Shown: positions 54,411-63,675 of the stretch, one piece after another
Numbering within the stretch: the stretch's first letter is position 1
How the letters are laid out: every line of letters begins with the position of its first letter
NCBI GenBank assembly: GCA_015065615.1
Contig: SVPY01000002.1
Coordinates: 62,973-126,972 of the forward strand
Length of the DNA stretch: 64,000 nucleotides
Direction: 5' to 3'
Origin: Oscillospiraceae bacterium
Lineage (GTDB): Bacteria > Bacillota > Clostridia > Oscillospirales > Acutalibacteraceae
The notes under the pieces: model-generated
Told to the model about the DNA's origin: nothing
Seen by the model: only the letters and a program-made list of their open reading frames with translations
Database searches by the model: none
Translations under genes and position numbers: made by a program

Positions 54411-55415
54411 TCATTTACTCCCAAAATAATCGATTAATAACGATATACCGATTCGGTATTTATACATAAAAGTTATAATTTTAAGCTTCATGGATACTTG
54501 AAGCTCGTTTATTTTTATATTTTTAAATGTTTCTATAGTTCTTTCGGATTTAAGGATTTCATTGATTTTTTGTAGTTTTTCTTTTTTACTAATGTTGGCG
54601 CCGTAGGTCTGGCCTACCGTATTGTAGATAAAAAACAAAAGGCATAAATCTATCTGTTTTGAAAAATCAAATTCCTTATCGCATTTGAATTCATTTTCAA
54701 TTCTTTTGTGTAAAAGCAAATAATCATTCCATTTATCGGGCACGTAAGAATGGCTTGCTGACTCCATATTCATAACGTAGTGGTAAAGAGCCTGACCCTT
54801 CATATAGTAAAAAGACTCTGCTTTTCTTAAAAGCTTCGCACCGAATAATAAATCCTCGGAAAAACGCACACCCTGTTGATAACGCATATCTTCACTGTTG
54901 AGTTTACTTTTGAAAAGCAACGTGCAATTAGATATGGTAGCAGGGTACTCCACGTTTTCCATAATAAGCAAATGCCTGTAGTACTCCTCTTTAAGTTCCT
55001 TAATGCCGTAAAAACCTCCGCGGATATCGTGGGTATAAATTTCACTACGGGCATCAAAATTCTTAACGCAGTCGCACATGATAACGTCGCAATTATATTT
55101 AATTGCTTTGTCCATCATTTTTTCGTACATATCAGGCTCTATATAGTCATCACTGTCTACAAATGAAATATAATCACCTTTAGCCTTATCTAAACCAAGA
55201 TTCCTTGCAGTTGAAACACCGCCGTTTTCTTTATGCAAAACGACCACCCTTGAATCTTTCTCTGCAAACTCATCACAAATCTCGGGACATCTGTCAGGAG
55301 AACCGTCATCCACTAAAATCAGCTCTAAATCCTTATAAGTCTGATTTAGAATGCTGTTTACACAACGATCAATATATTTTTCAGTTTTATAAACAGGTAC
55401 AATAACACTGATCAT
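54411..55415 (-). CDS. Family 2 glycosyltransferase
   Basis: MISVIVPVYKTEKYI, VDDGSPDRC, DSDD. Confidence 0.85.
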   Translation of the reverse strand: MISVIVPVYKTEKYIDRCVNSILNQTYKDLELILVDDGSPDRCPEICDEFAEKDSRVVVLHKENGGVSTARNLGLDKAKGDYISFVDSDDYIEPDMYEKMMDKAIKYNCDVIMCDCVKNFDARSEIYTHDIRGGFYGIKELKEEYYRHLLIMENVEYPATISNCTLLFKSKLNSEDMRYQQGVRFSEDLLFGAKLLRKAESFYYMKGQALYHYVMNMESASHSYVPDKWNDYLLLHKRIENEFKCDKEFDFSKQIDLCLLFFIYNTVGQTYGANISKKEKLQKINEILKSERTIETFKNIKINELQVSMKLKIITFMYKYRIGISLLIDYFGSK

Positions 55416-55437
55416 ACTATCACCAAATTCAAATGAA

Positions 55438-56622
55438 TCATTCTAATTTTTTAACTTCTTCGGAGTTTGAATAATCCCTTAATTTACAATTATTTATAAG
55501 CTCATTAATTTTCTTTTGATTAATTAATAAAGCTTCTATTCCTTTTGCACAGCCTTCGTTATCCATCGGCACGATAACACCGTCTACACCGTCTTCGAGC
55601 TGGCTTGAGGATGTTGCGTATTTGGTAATAACTACGGGCTTATGAAGCATCTGGGCTTCTCTTACCGTAACGCACTTTCCTTCGTAGCGGCTGGGCTGTA
55701 CGTATAAATCGCAGGCTTTTATATATGGGTAAGGGTTTTCTTTCTTTCCGAGAATAATCACTCTATCTTCCATACCTGATTCTTTGATTTTACTACGGAT
55801 AAGTCCTTCATCGCCGCCAAAACCGATAAGGTACCATTTTACGTCTAATCCGTACTGAAGCAGACGAGCACACATATCTGGTACATTATCAAAATTCTTG
55901 GCAAAACAGAACCTGCCTATTGAAAGCAAGCGAATACATTCTTTGGGCATTTCATTTTCTGCGGAGAACTCCTCGGTTTGCTTTTTTATTAATTCCGCAG
56001 GTAAAATATTTTCAAAAAGGAATACCTTTTCTTTTAATTCGGGGAAAACTTTTATAAAACCCGCGGACGCGGCATCTGAAATGGAGGCAATGGCATCGTA
56101 CGCGCTCCACATTTTAAGTTCGGATTCTCTGTTAATCTGTATACTTGTATAATCAGTATGAATCCACGCTATTTTTTTCTTGGCATTAACTTTATCTCTT
56201 ACAAAGTAATGCGGAGTTAAAAAGCTGATAGCCAAATCATATTCCTTTGAAGGATTGATTTTGGGCACGAAAGGATTAATAAATTTATTGCTGTATTCAA
56301 TAGATACGGCACTGTCGGTATGCTTATTTTTTTTAGAGTAACACTCTGCACATATTTTACCTAAAAGCCTTGCAGCCGTTAAAATAAAATGCCCCTCTTT
56401 GAGAGTATCCTTCATCGGTCGCTCTAATACGGTATAAGCAGGTATTTGAGGCAGGAGATTGACGTAATCGGGGATGGCATCCATTAGCACTCCCTCGTGC
56501 CTTAAAAGGAACAAATCCACATCCCATTCCTCGGGATTCAAAGCGGAGAGCAAACCGATAAGGCTTCTTTCAGCTCCGCCTAACTCCAAAGCGTGAGAAA
56601 CTATAATGAGTTGTTTTTTCAT
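55438..56622 (-). CDS. GT-B fold glycosyltransferase (family 4/1 type)
   Basis: Start at ATG 56622 (MKKQLIIVSHALELGGAE) in an ATGA overlap with the upstream stop. C-terminal YVQPSRYEGKCVTVREAQ (EX7E-type) motif. Confidence 0.8.
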   Translation of the reverse strand: MKKQLIIVSHALELGGAERSLIGLLSALNPEEWDVDLFLLRHEGVLMDAIPDYVNLLPQIPAYTVLERPMKDTLKEGHFILTAARLLGKICAECYSKKNKHTDSAVSIEYSNKFINPFVPKINPSKEYDLAISFLTPHYFVRDKVNAKKKIAWIHTDYTSIQINRESELKMWSAYDAIASISDAASAGFIKVFPELKEKVFLFENILPAELIKKQTEEFSAENEMPKECIRLLSIGRFCFAKNFDNVPDMCARLLQYGLDVKWYLIGFGGDEGLIRSKIKESGMEDRVIILGKKENPYPYIKACDLYVQPSRYEGKCVTVREAQMLHKPVVITKYATSSSQLEDGVDGVIVPMDNEGCAKGIEALLINQKKINELINNCKLRDYSNSEEVKKLE

Positions 56623-57335
56623 TTGATAATCCTTTTTAACCAATCGAAACAGTTGTTTCCGAATATTCTGTGGAATGGCTTTGTTAATTTACTTCTTATA
56701 ATCGTAGATTTAGACATCCAGCTTTTTGAATACCAGTGAATTGACACTGTGTTTCTTGTTTTATTGAGTTTTCCCGTAGGATCATCGTAAGGGTTAAAAT
56801 ATTCGATGGGAAAAATCTCAGCGCCGCATACTGTCAGGCGTTTACCGTTACCTATAAATCCGAATTTAATAAGTGCCTCGGTATTATGAACGGGACACGT
56901 AACGGATGTAAAAGTTTCGGACGGCTCTTTCATAAGCTTTTCATATTCCTCTACCATAGCCATAACGGTAGGGTGATTTTTCTCAGCGCCGAAACCAAGA
57001 CCTGTATTTATGCATTTTTCTGTTTCAAAGCCATAAAAAGCTTCTAACTTTAAAAGCTCATCAGGATTTTTTAACAGTTCAACGTCGGTATCAAAATAAA
57101 CACCGCCATTCTCAGCCACAACGTACAGTCTTGCAAAGTCGCTTAAGTACGCCCACTTCTTATTTTCATAGCAATAGCGGGTGTATACGTTCATATTTAT
57201 ATCAAAATTATCTTCATTCCACTCGATTATCTCGTAATCGGGGCAGTATTTTTTCCAACTGGCAATACATTTCTCTGCAAGCTTAGGTTTGGGATTTCTG
57301 CCAAACCAGCAATAATGAATTTTTTTAGGGATCAT
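56619..57335 (-). CDS. GT32-like glycosyltransferase (DXD sugar-binding region type)
   Basis: IPKKIHYCWFG... and YFDTDVE (DXD) typical of the Gly_transf_sug/capsular polysaccharide synthesis family. Confidence 0.7.
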   Translation of the reverse strand: MIPKKIHYCWFGRNPKPKLAEKCIASWKKYCPDYEIIEWNEDNFDINMNVYTRYCYENKKWAYLSDFARLYVVAENGGVYFDTDVELLKNPDELLKLEAFYGFETEKCINTGLGFGAEKNHPTVMAMVEEYEKLMKEPSETFTSVTCPVHNTEALIKFGFIGNGKRLTVCGAEIFPIEYFNPYDDPTGKLNKTRNTVSIHWYSKSWMSKSTIIRSKLTKPFHRIFGNNCFDWLKRIIK

Positions 57336-57339
57336 ATAA

Positions 57340-58218
57340 TCACTTGGCTTTCTTTTTTGTTATTCTAGAAAGAATCAAGCCGGGAATTGTGCATATAATA
57401 GTAAGAATTTTTCTCGGTGATTCTTTAATATAGTTTTTATTTTTTACAATGATACTGCTGGAACAGTAATGGATACAATCAACAATCAAACGTTTCTTCG
57501 ATTCAGGATACTGCATGCACACTTTGCGCCAAAACGCAAAACCTTTGGGGCTTCGTACATACTCTTTCCACATTCCTGTGCTATGGCCGTCTGCTTGGTA
57601 TTCAACGTTACATAGAACTTCATTTAAAACAGCAAGCTTATAATCCTGATCGATTAATCGGTATTTGTATGCAAGAGCAACATATTTTTCGCCTTCAAAA
57701 ACAGGATACGGAGGATATTTTTTTATAATATCGGTTCTATACACAAGTTTTTTATCACCAAATCCGCCTAATGCATAATATCCTGTAAGGGTTGTCTCTT
57801 TTGAACCAGCATCGAATCCTTTACCTATCAAATTGCCATCTAAGTCAGCATCCAGTCCTATTAATCCTGCATAACCTAAATCTTTTACTTCATTCCATTT
57901 TTCTAATATTTTCTTTACTGCATTTTCTGCCAAGCGATCATCGGAATCAATGCATACGTTAAGCTCTGTATCAATATTTTCATAAGCTACGTTATGAGCA
58001 GTATGCATACCGCCATTTTCTTTATATATGTAGCGAATTTCAAAACCGTTATCTTTTGATTGCCATTCTTTGACAAGCTCAGCAGTATTATCGGAAGAAC
58101 CATCATCTACAATAAGCCATATAAATTCTTTACAATCCTGTTGACATAAAGATTCATAAGTTCTCGGTAAAGTATGAGCACGGTTATAAGCGGGAGTGAA
58201 AACAGTAATAAATGCCAT
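57340..58218 (-). CDS. Family 2 glycosyltransferase
   Basis: FITVFTPAYNRAHTL, VDDGSSDNT, DSDD. Confidence 0.8.
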   Translation of the reverse strand: MAFITVFTPAYNRAHTLPRTYESLCQQDCKEFIWLIVDDGSSDNTAELVKEWQSKDNGFEIRYIYKENGGMHTAHNVAYENIDTELNVCIDSDDRLAENAVKKILEKWNEVKDLGYAGLIGLDADLDGNLIGKGFDAGSKETTLTGYYALGGFGDKKLVYRTDIIKKYPPYPVFEGEKYVALAYKYRLIDQDYKLAVLNEVLCNVEYQADGHSTGMWKEYVRSPKGFAFWRKVCMQYPESKKRLIVDCIHYCSSSIIVKNKNYIKESPRKILTIICTIPGLILSRITKKKAK

Positions 58219-58221
58219 AAT

Positions 58222-59334
58222 TTAACCTTTCCAATTATCTATATAGAAACTTTCAAGCCCTTTAGCATTAACGTTTATATCATAGCCTGATTTTGCTATT
58301 GCTTCGCTATAGTTCTTTCTTTCATTGCCTTTTTTATTTAAAATATGCTTTGCCCATATATCAAGACTATCACTTAGCGAAATATGTTCTACTAAGTCAG
58401 TTTTATCACATTCACTTGGTACTTCACTCGAAACAATACAAGGCAGACCGGATGACTGTGCTTCAATAAGTGTAACAGGCAAGCCTTCATACAAAGATGG
58501 AAAAACAAAACAATCCATAGCCTGCATTAAATCAGGCACGTCACTTCTGACTCCTGTAAATATCACGTCATCTGTAACATTGAGTTCTTTTGCTTTATCC
58601 TCAATTTTAGCCCGCAACTCCCCGTCACCGATTAATAACAGCATAGAATTCTTATGTTGTTTTTTTAATTCAGCAATAATATCCAATAAAAAGGTATGGT
58701 TTTTAACGGCATTAAAACGTCCTACATGACCAACTACGAAAGTATCTTCCGGTATCTTTAAGTCATTACGAATTGAGTTGCGTTTTTCCGAATTATACTT
58801 ATAAAGCTTTGTGTCTATTGCATTATTGATTATCTGATATTTTGCACCGCCAAACATCCAGTCGCCCGCTTCTTTTCCGCAAGCAAAAAGCTGTGTTGCA
58901 TATTTGGGAATAAATCTTTTGTAATAAAGCTTAATTAAGTATTTTAAATTTTTATCCTGACTGCTGCTGTGGCTATGAGCAATTCGTACTTTTACACCGC
59001 ACTTTTTTGCTATTTTTAAAATAACAGAACTTAAGCAGTCCTGATGAACATGAACTATTTTATATTCAGGATGATTCTTAAAAAAAGATTCCAATTCATT
59101 AAGATAGCTTTTTTTCCAAGGCACAAGACGCTGCAAATGATAAATTCTACCACCAAGCGCTTCAATTTCATCATCATAATCAGCTTTAAAATCTCTATGT
59201 ACAAGGAAATCAAATTGCACCTTGGATCTATCGATATGGCGATAATAGTTCATAATCATAGTTTCAAGACCGCCACGACCCATATATGTAACAACATGCA
59301 ACACTCTTACAGGTTTTGAATCACACAAATCCAT
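58222..59334 (-). CDS. GT-B fold glycosyltransferase (family 4/1 type)
   Basis: VLHVVTYMGRGGLET N-terminus. C-terminal FVFPSLYEGLPVTLIEAQ (EX7E) motif. Confidence 0.8.
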   Translation of the reverse strand: MDLCDSKPVRVLHVVTYMGRGGLETMIMNYYRHIDRSKVQFDFLVHRDFKADYDDEIEALGGRIYHLQRLVPWKKSYLNELESFFKNHPEYKIVHVHQDCLSSVILKIAKKCGVKVRIAHSHSSSQDKNLKYLIKLYYKRFIPKYATQLFACGKEAGDWMFGGAKYQIINNAIDTKLYKYNSEKRNSIRNDLKIPEDTFVVGHVGRFNAVKNHTFLLDIIAELKKQHKNSMLLLIGDGELRAKIEDKAKELNVTDDVIFTGVRSDVPDLMQAMDCFVFPSLYEGLPVTLIEAQSSGLPCIVSSEVPSECDKTDLVEHISLSDSLDIWAKHILNKKGNERKNYSEAIAKSGYDINVNAKGLESFYIDNWKG

Positions 59335-59348
59335 AGTTACCTCGATTA

Positions 59349-60467
59349 TCAGAATAAAAGTGAAAATAAACTAATAGCATAATATTCATTATCAAAACTA
59401 ATATTTACTGCATTCGCATAATAGAAGAATCCGAAGAAGCAAACACAGGCGATGGCAAGTACCAGCTTATATGATTTCGTATCAAAGGTCTTTTTAAGCA
59501 TTGAAGGCAAAATACAGATGGTGCCAAGTTCAAAGTAGTTGCCCATTCTGCCGAACATATTTGCGCCTGCCTGAGTGCCCATTACCATAAAGGCAAAGCT
59601 TATAATGCTCATGTGGATAAGGGTATTATCTATTTCGCGGTTGCCTTTCATAACCCATTTCTGGCATATTAAGCTTATAAGGGGAGGCACGGCATAAACC
59701 GCAAGGCGGAATACGTTTATGGTGTTATCGTCAAATACTTCATAGTCGGCAATGGTCTTGCCAAGGTCGTTTGCCTGCTCCATAAAAGCGGTGATGGCTG
59801 TTTCGAAATTAAAAAGTACGATAGCCGTAACAGCTATAAATATATAGGTAAATAAGCCCCAGGGTCTTACTCTGAAAAGAGGGATAAAGGCAAAAATTAT
59901 GGCGTAAGTATGCACCAGCATGGCGATTAGCACTATAAGGAAAAACCTCAGCCACTTCTTTTTTTCAAGATAAGGGAAAGCTAAAGTAAGTATTGCCATT
60001 GCGGTAACCTGCTTGATAGCCGCAAGAGTAAAAACGAAAGTACCAAGGGTGAAATATATAAAAATACTGAAAAGGAAATTATCGGAATATCTTTTTATGA
60101 AACGTAAAAAGCAAACCTGAGTGATAATGGAAGTAAGCAAAATCAACCACTGGGAATTACTCGTAAACGTTTTAATTATACTTTGAAATAAATAAAAGAG
60201 AGGATTTTTAAAGGGATTTAAATTTTCGGCATTACTGAAAAATTCCGTAAGCACGGGGGCGTCTTCATAACCTCTTATATAGTTTAAGGTATCATTATAG
60301 CTTGTTCTGAGGCCTGCAAAGAGGACGAGCACTACAACAAGCAGAACGTAAGCCCAGTCCCTGTAGGCTTTATATACGTAACCGGAGCTTGTTACAGCTT
60401 TAGTATTCTTCTGTGAAATATACGCCAATATAAGCGCGGCGGCAAAAACCGCAAGTAATTTGAACAT
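59349..60467 (-). CDS. EpsG-family polytopic membrane protein (Wzy-like polysaccharide polymerase candidate)
   Basis: 372 aa, ~10-11 TM. Overall pattern resembles the EpsG family. Assignment is from memory of family features. Confidence 0.6.
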   Translation of the reverse strand: MFKLLAVFAAALILAYISQKNTKAVTSSGYVYKAYRDWAYVLLVVVLVLFAGLRTSYNDTLNYIRGYEDAPVLTEFFSNAENLNPFKNPLFYLFQSIIKTFTSNSQWLILLTSIITQVCFLRFIKRYSDNFLFSIFIYFTLGTFVFTLAAIKQVTAMAILTLAFPYLEKKKWLRFFLIVLIAMLVHTYAIIFAFIPLFRVRPWGLFTYIFIAVTAIVLFNFETAITAFMEQANDLGKTIADYEVFDDNTINVFRLAVYAVPPLISLICQKWVMKGNREIDNTLIHMSIISFAFMVMGTQAGANMFGRMGNYFELGTICILPSMLKKTFDTKSYKLVLAIACVCFFGFFYYANAVNISFDNEYYAISLFSLLF

Positions 60468-60496
60468 GAAAAGCTCCTTTAGTAAGCTTTGAGATT

Positions 60497-61591
60497 TTAT
60501 TTACCGCAATTTTCGAAAACGGCGGCAACTGTTTTTTCCACTACCTTTTGTTTATCGAACTCTTTTTCTATTTTTTCCCTTGCTTTTATACCCATTTCTT
60601 TTCGCTGTTCCATAGTAAGCAGGGTAAATTCCTTCATTTTTTGGTATAAACTTTCTTCGTCCTGCACTTTACAGAGAAGTCCGCTTTCGCCGTCCGAGAC
60701 CGTCTCCTTACAGCCGTGAATATCGGTAGTGATAATGGGTCTGCCCATAGCGGCTGCCTCTAAAAGCACGTTGCTTAAGCCCTCGTGATAGCTGGGCATT
60801 ACAACGCAATCGGCTGACGCATAGTAAGGGCGCGGCTCACTTTGGAAGCCGTAAAACACAGCCAAGCCTTCGTTTACAAGCTCGTTTACCTTAGCTTCGT
60901 AATCGTCGTCATAAAATCCCACCAAATCAAGCTGAACTTTATCGCCAAGTTCACTATACAGGCGCTTGAAGGCGGCAAACAATTCATCAATACCCTTTTC
61001 TTTCATAATTCTGCCAAGATAAAGGAAATGAATTTTGTCGTTTTCGGGGTAAGGGGTAAAAGCATATTCTTTTAAATTGATTCCCGCGCCGGATAAAACA
61101 ACTGTTTTATCTTCTTTTATAATTTTCCTGTTAATAAATTCCCGCGCATTTCCCGTATTTTCAAAAAATACTTTCTTTGCTTTTCTCAGGGAGAATTTGT
61201 ACATCAGGGTAACAAGGGCGGCAAGACCCTTGCGCTGGAAAGCCGTACCCAAGCCCTGAACGTTTACAAAATACGGAATATTACGCTTAGCGCAAACAGC
61301 GCCTGCGTATACGTTTGGCTTAATCGAATAGGTTATAACGATATCAGGATTTTCTTCGCGTATCAGTTTATCGTAGCCTTTGCAAAGCTTCAGATCTTCT
61401 TTAATATTTATGCCGCGGCGGTCCATTTTGGTGTTCAAGCATTTAAGCCCCATAGCCATAAAATCTTCTTCGTGACCCTGAAAAGGCATGGAAAGAACAA
61501 CCTCATGACTCTCCATAAGATTTTCGATAAGCTCTTTTCTGAACCTGTAAAGCATATATGAATGATTCGTAATTATCAGAATTTTCATCAA
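60497..61591 (-). CDS. GT-B fold glycosyltransferase (family 4 type), first gene of the glycan operon
   Basis: MKILIITNHSYMLYRFR N-terminus. C-terminal VVMPSYHEGLSNVLLEAA (EX7E) motif. Confidence 0.8.
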   Translation of the reverse strand: MMKILIITNHSYMLYRFRKELIENLMESHEVVLSMPFQGHEEDFMAMGLKCLNTKMDRRGINIKEDLKLCKGYDKLIREENPDIVITYSIKPNVYAGAVCAKRNIPYFVNVQGLGTAFQRKGLAALVTLMYKFSLRKAKKVFFENTGNAREFINRKIIKEDKTVVLSGAGINLKEYAFTPYPENDKIHFLYLGRIMKEKGIDELFAAFKRLYSELGDKVQLDLVGFYDDDYEAKVNELVNEGLAVFYGFQSEPRPYYASADCVVMPSYHEGLSNVLLEAAAMGRPIITTDIHGCKETVSDGESGLLCKVQDEESLYQKMKEFTLLTMEQRKEMGIKAREKIEKEFDKQKVVEKTVAAVFENCGK

Positions 61592-61681
61592 GTAACCCTC
61601 AAAAGTATATAAATACCCAATTATTCATTCTTTATTATAATACAAATAACCTGAAATGTAAATGATAAAAACAACATAACA

Positions 61682-61712
61682 GAAAAAAGCCTCTGCATAT
61701 TTGCAGAAGCCT
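61682..61712 (-). terminator. Intrinsic terminator after the vWA gene
   Basis: Minus strand reads GGCUUCUGCAaauaUGCAGAGGCU followed by UUUUUU. Confidence 0.7.
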
Positions 61713-61738
61713 TTAAAAGCCTGATTGATATTTAATTA

Positions 61739-62392
61739 TTATCTGCGGCTCTTTCTTTTCCTGAAGTCATTATCGATGTTTTCGCTCCAGTTTTCGCTGA
61801 GGGGGGCGGCGGCGCGGATATTTGTAACGGCAGCGGAGACAGTGTTATAAAGAATCTCCGTGCCCTTACTGTCGGCGTGGTAGTTTACGGCTCTATCCTT
61901 ATTGATTCCGAATCTTTTAGCGGTCTCAACAGCATCGATATTTGCGCCGATGAACAAAAATTCCCAGCCGTACTTTTCTTTCTGGCGCTCTATTTTCTTT
62001 TTAACTTCGTCGCTTGTGTATTTGTGGCTGGAGTTTTCCATACCGTCGGTGGTAATTATAAACACAGTGCGCTGAGGCAGGTCTTCCTTTCGGGCGTATT
62101 TATGGACGTTTCCGATGTGGTGAATAGCACAGCCGATGGCGTCTATCAAAGCGGTACTGCCGCGCACGATGTAATCCTGCGCCGTCATCAGCTTTACGTC
62201 CTCAAGCTTCACTCTGTCGTGAAGGACTTCTCTTTCGTGGTCGAAAAGCACCGTGGAAACAAGGCACTGACCCTCTTCCTCTCTCTGCTTCTTTATCATG
62301 GAGTTAAATCCGCCGACGGTGTCTCTTTCGAGACCGCTCATTGAGCCGCTTCTGTCTAAAATAAATACCAGTTCAGTTAAATTGTTTTTCAT
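61739..62392 (-). CDS. Small cytoplasmic von Willebrand factor A (vWA) domain protein
   Basis: 217 aa. MIDAS DxSxS (LDRSGSMSG) plus downstream T and D (ITTDGMEN). No signal peptide. Confidence 0.8.
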   Translation of the reverse strand: MKNNLTELVFILDRSGSMSGLERDTVGGFNSMIKKQREEEGQCLVSTVLFDHEREVLHDRVKLEDVKLMTAQDYIVRGSTALIDAIGCAIHHIGNVHKYARKEDLPQRTVFIITTDGMENSSHKYTSDEVKKKIERQKEKYGWEFLFIGANIDAVETAKRFGINKDRAVNYHADSKGTEILYNTVSAAVTNIRAAAPLSENWSENIDNDFRKRKSRR

Positions 62393-62520
62393 ATCTTTTA
62401 TCTCCTTTTTTTATTGTGATTACATTATACCGAATAAAAAAGAAGATATGGTCGCCACCAAAGCGACAAATAAATTAATTCTAAAATAAAATAAAATAAA
62501 TTAAATTAAACTGAATTGAA

Positions 62521-63540
62521 TTAATTTCCCGTCAAAAGATTCTGGTCGAAAGAAAAGAGGGTGTTATTTATTTCAATTATATCGTACTTGCTGTTTTCTA
62601 TAAAATACCTTACGATTACGTCGAACATACTGCTTTCCGATAAGGCGTAACCTGCCTTTTTCAGCATATTCTCGGTCTCTTTCAGGGATAATTCCAGCGC
62701 GATGGCGAAGCAAAGAACAGTTTCCTTTTTGGGGTGATAATATTTATCCTTTTTGATTTTGGAAAAATGCTTTCTATCCACGTTGGCTTTCTTGTAAACG
62801 AGAGAATCCTTCATACCGCTTTCATCTATTTTCCGAAACAGCATCTCCTGAAAGCTTTCGTCCAGCTTTTTAAGCTTATCTTCAAGGCTCTGCTTTTTTG
62901 ATGAAGCTTTCTCGGCAGGCGCCTGCATTGGCAATGATGCCATCTCGCGGTAAGAGACTTCGCTTAATCTTTGGGCGTAAATTCTTCTTGTTTCCCTATA
63001 TCTATCGGCGTAATTATCGCTGATATATTCTTTTACTTCCTTATAAAGCTCTTCGCTGATTTTAAAGGAGCTTTTATCGAAAACGGCTAAATAGACAAGC
63101 ATATCGTCTTCGATATCAAAAAGGAAATTTTTTATAGCGCTTTCGGCAATTTTTAAAGCCTTATCCTTGGGAAAACCGAAAACACCCGAGGAAATAAGAG
63201 GAAAGGCAATACTTTTTATTCTGTTTTTCTTAGCAAGCTCAAGGGAATTTTTATAGCAATTATATAAAATTTCACTTTCGTTTTTACTGCCGCCTTCCCA
63301 CACAGGACCCAGAGTATGAATAATATAAGAAGCTTTTAAGTTATAGCCTTTGGTGATTACAACCTCTCCCCTTTTTATGGGGCTTAATTTACTAAGTTCC
63401 GCGGCTAATTTACTGCCTGCTTTTTTATGAATAATACTGTTTACACCGCTTGAGCTTGGCAGCAGCTTTTCGTTGGCTGAATTAACTACAGCGTCCACGT
63501 TCATTTCGGTAATATCGTTTCTTTCTATAAATAAGGGCAT
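62521..63540 (-). CDS. Macro-domain (ADP-ribose binding/hydrolase, MacroD/YmdB-like) protein with a C-terminal helical, HTH-like extension
   Basis: 339 aa. DAVVNSAN...GVNSIIHKKAG and FPLISSGVFGFP macro motifs. The C-terminal ~120 aa resemble a short helix-turn-helix module. Confidence 0.8.
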   Translation of the reverse strand: MPLFIERNDITEMNVDAVVNSANEKLLPSSSGVNSIIHKKAGSKLAAELSKLSPIKRGEVVITKGYNLKASYIIHTLGPVWEGGSKNESEILYNCYKNSLELAKKNRIKSIAFPLISSGVFGFPKDKALKIAESAIKNFLFDIEDDMLVYLAVFDKSSFKISEELYKEVKEYISDNYADRYRETRRIYAQRLSEVSYREMASLPMQAPAEKASSKKQSLEDKLKKLDESFQEMLFRKIDESGMKDSLVYKKANVDRKHFSKIKKDKYYHPKKETVLCFAIALELSLKETENMLKKAGYALSESSMFDVIVRYFIENSKYDIIEINNTLFSFDQNLLTGN

Positions 63541-63622
63541 ACTTCTCCCTCCTTTATTTAATTATATTATGAAATAACCACTATGTAAATATAATAAAAT
63601 TTTAAAAAATTCCTATAAAGTA

Positions 63623-63653
63623 TTGACTTTCCACTTGGTGGAAGGTATATACT
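63623..63653 (+). promoter_or_regulatory. MerR-type promoter: TTGACT, 19-bp spacer containing a dyad, TATACT
   Basis: -35 TTGACT (63623-63628). The 19-nt spacer carries TTCCAC-ttg-GTGGAA. -10 TATACT (63648-63653). Lies 22 nt upstream of the MerR-family gene start. Confidence 0.65.
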
Positions 63654-63675
63654 CTAAACAAAGAGAGGTGAAATT

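Noticed and set aside
62470-62520. Short A/T repeats (aaataaaataaaataaattaaattaaactgaattgaatt) that could look like an array
   Set aside because: This is low-complexity AT-rich intergenic sequence. There are no regularly spaced repeats of CRISPR length and no cas genes anywhere in the window.
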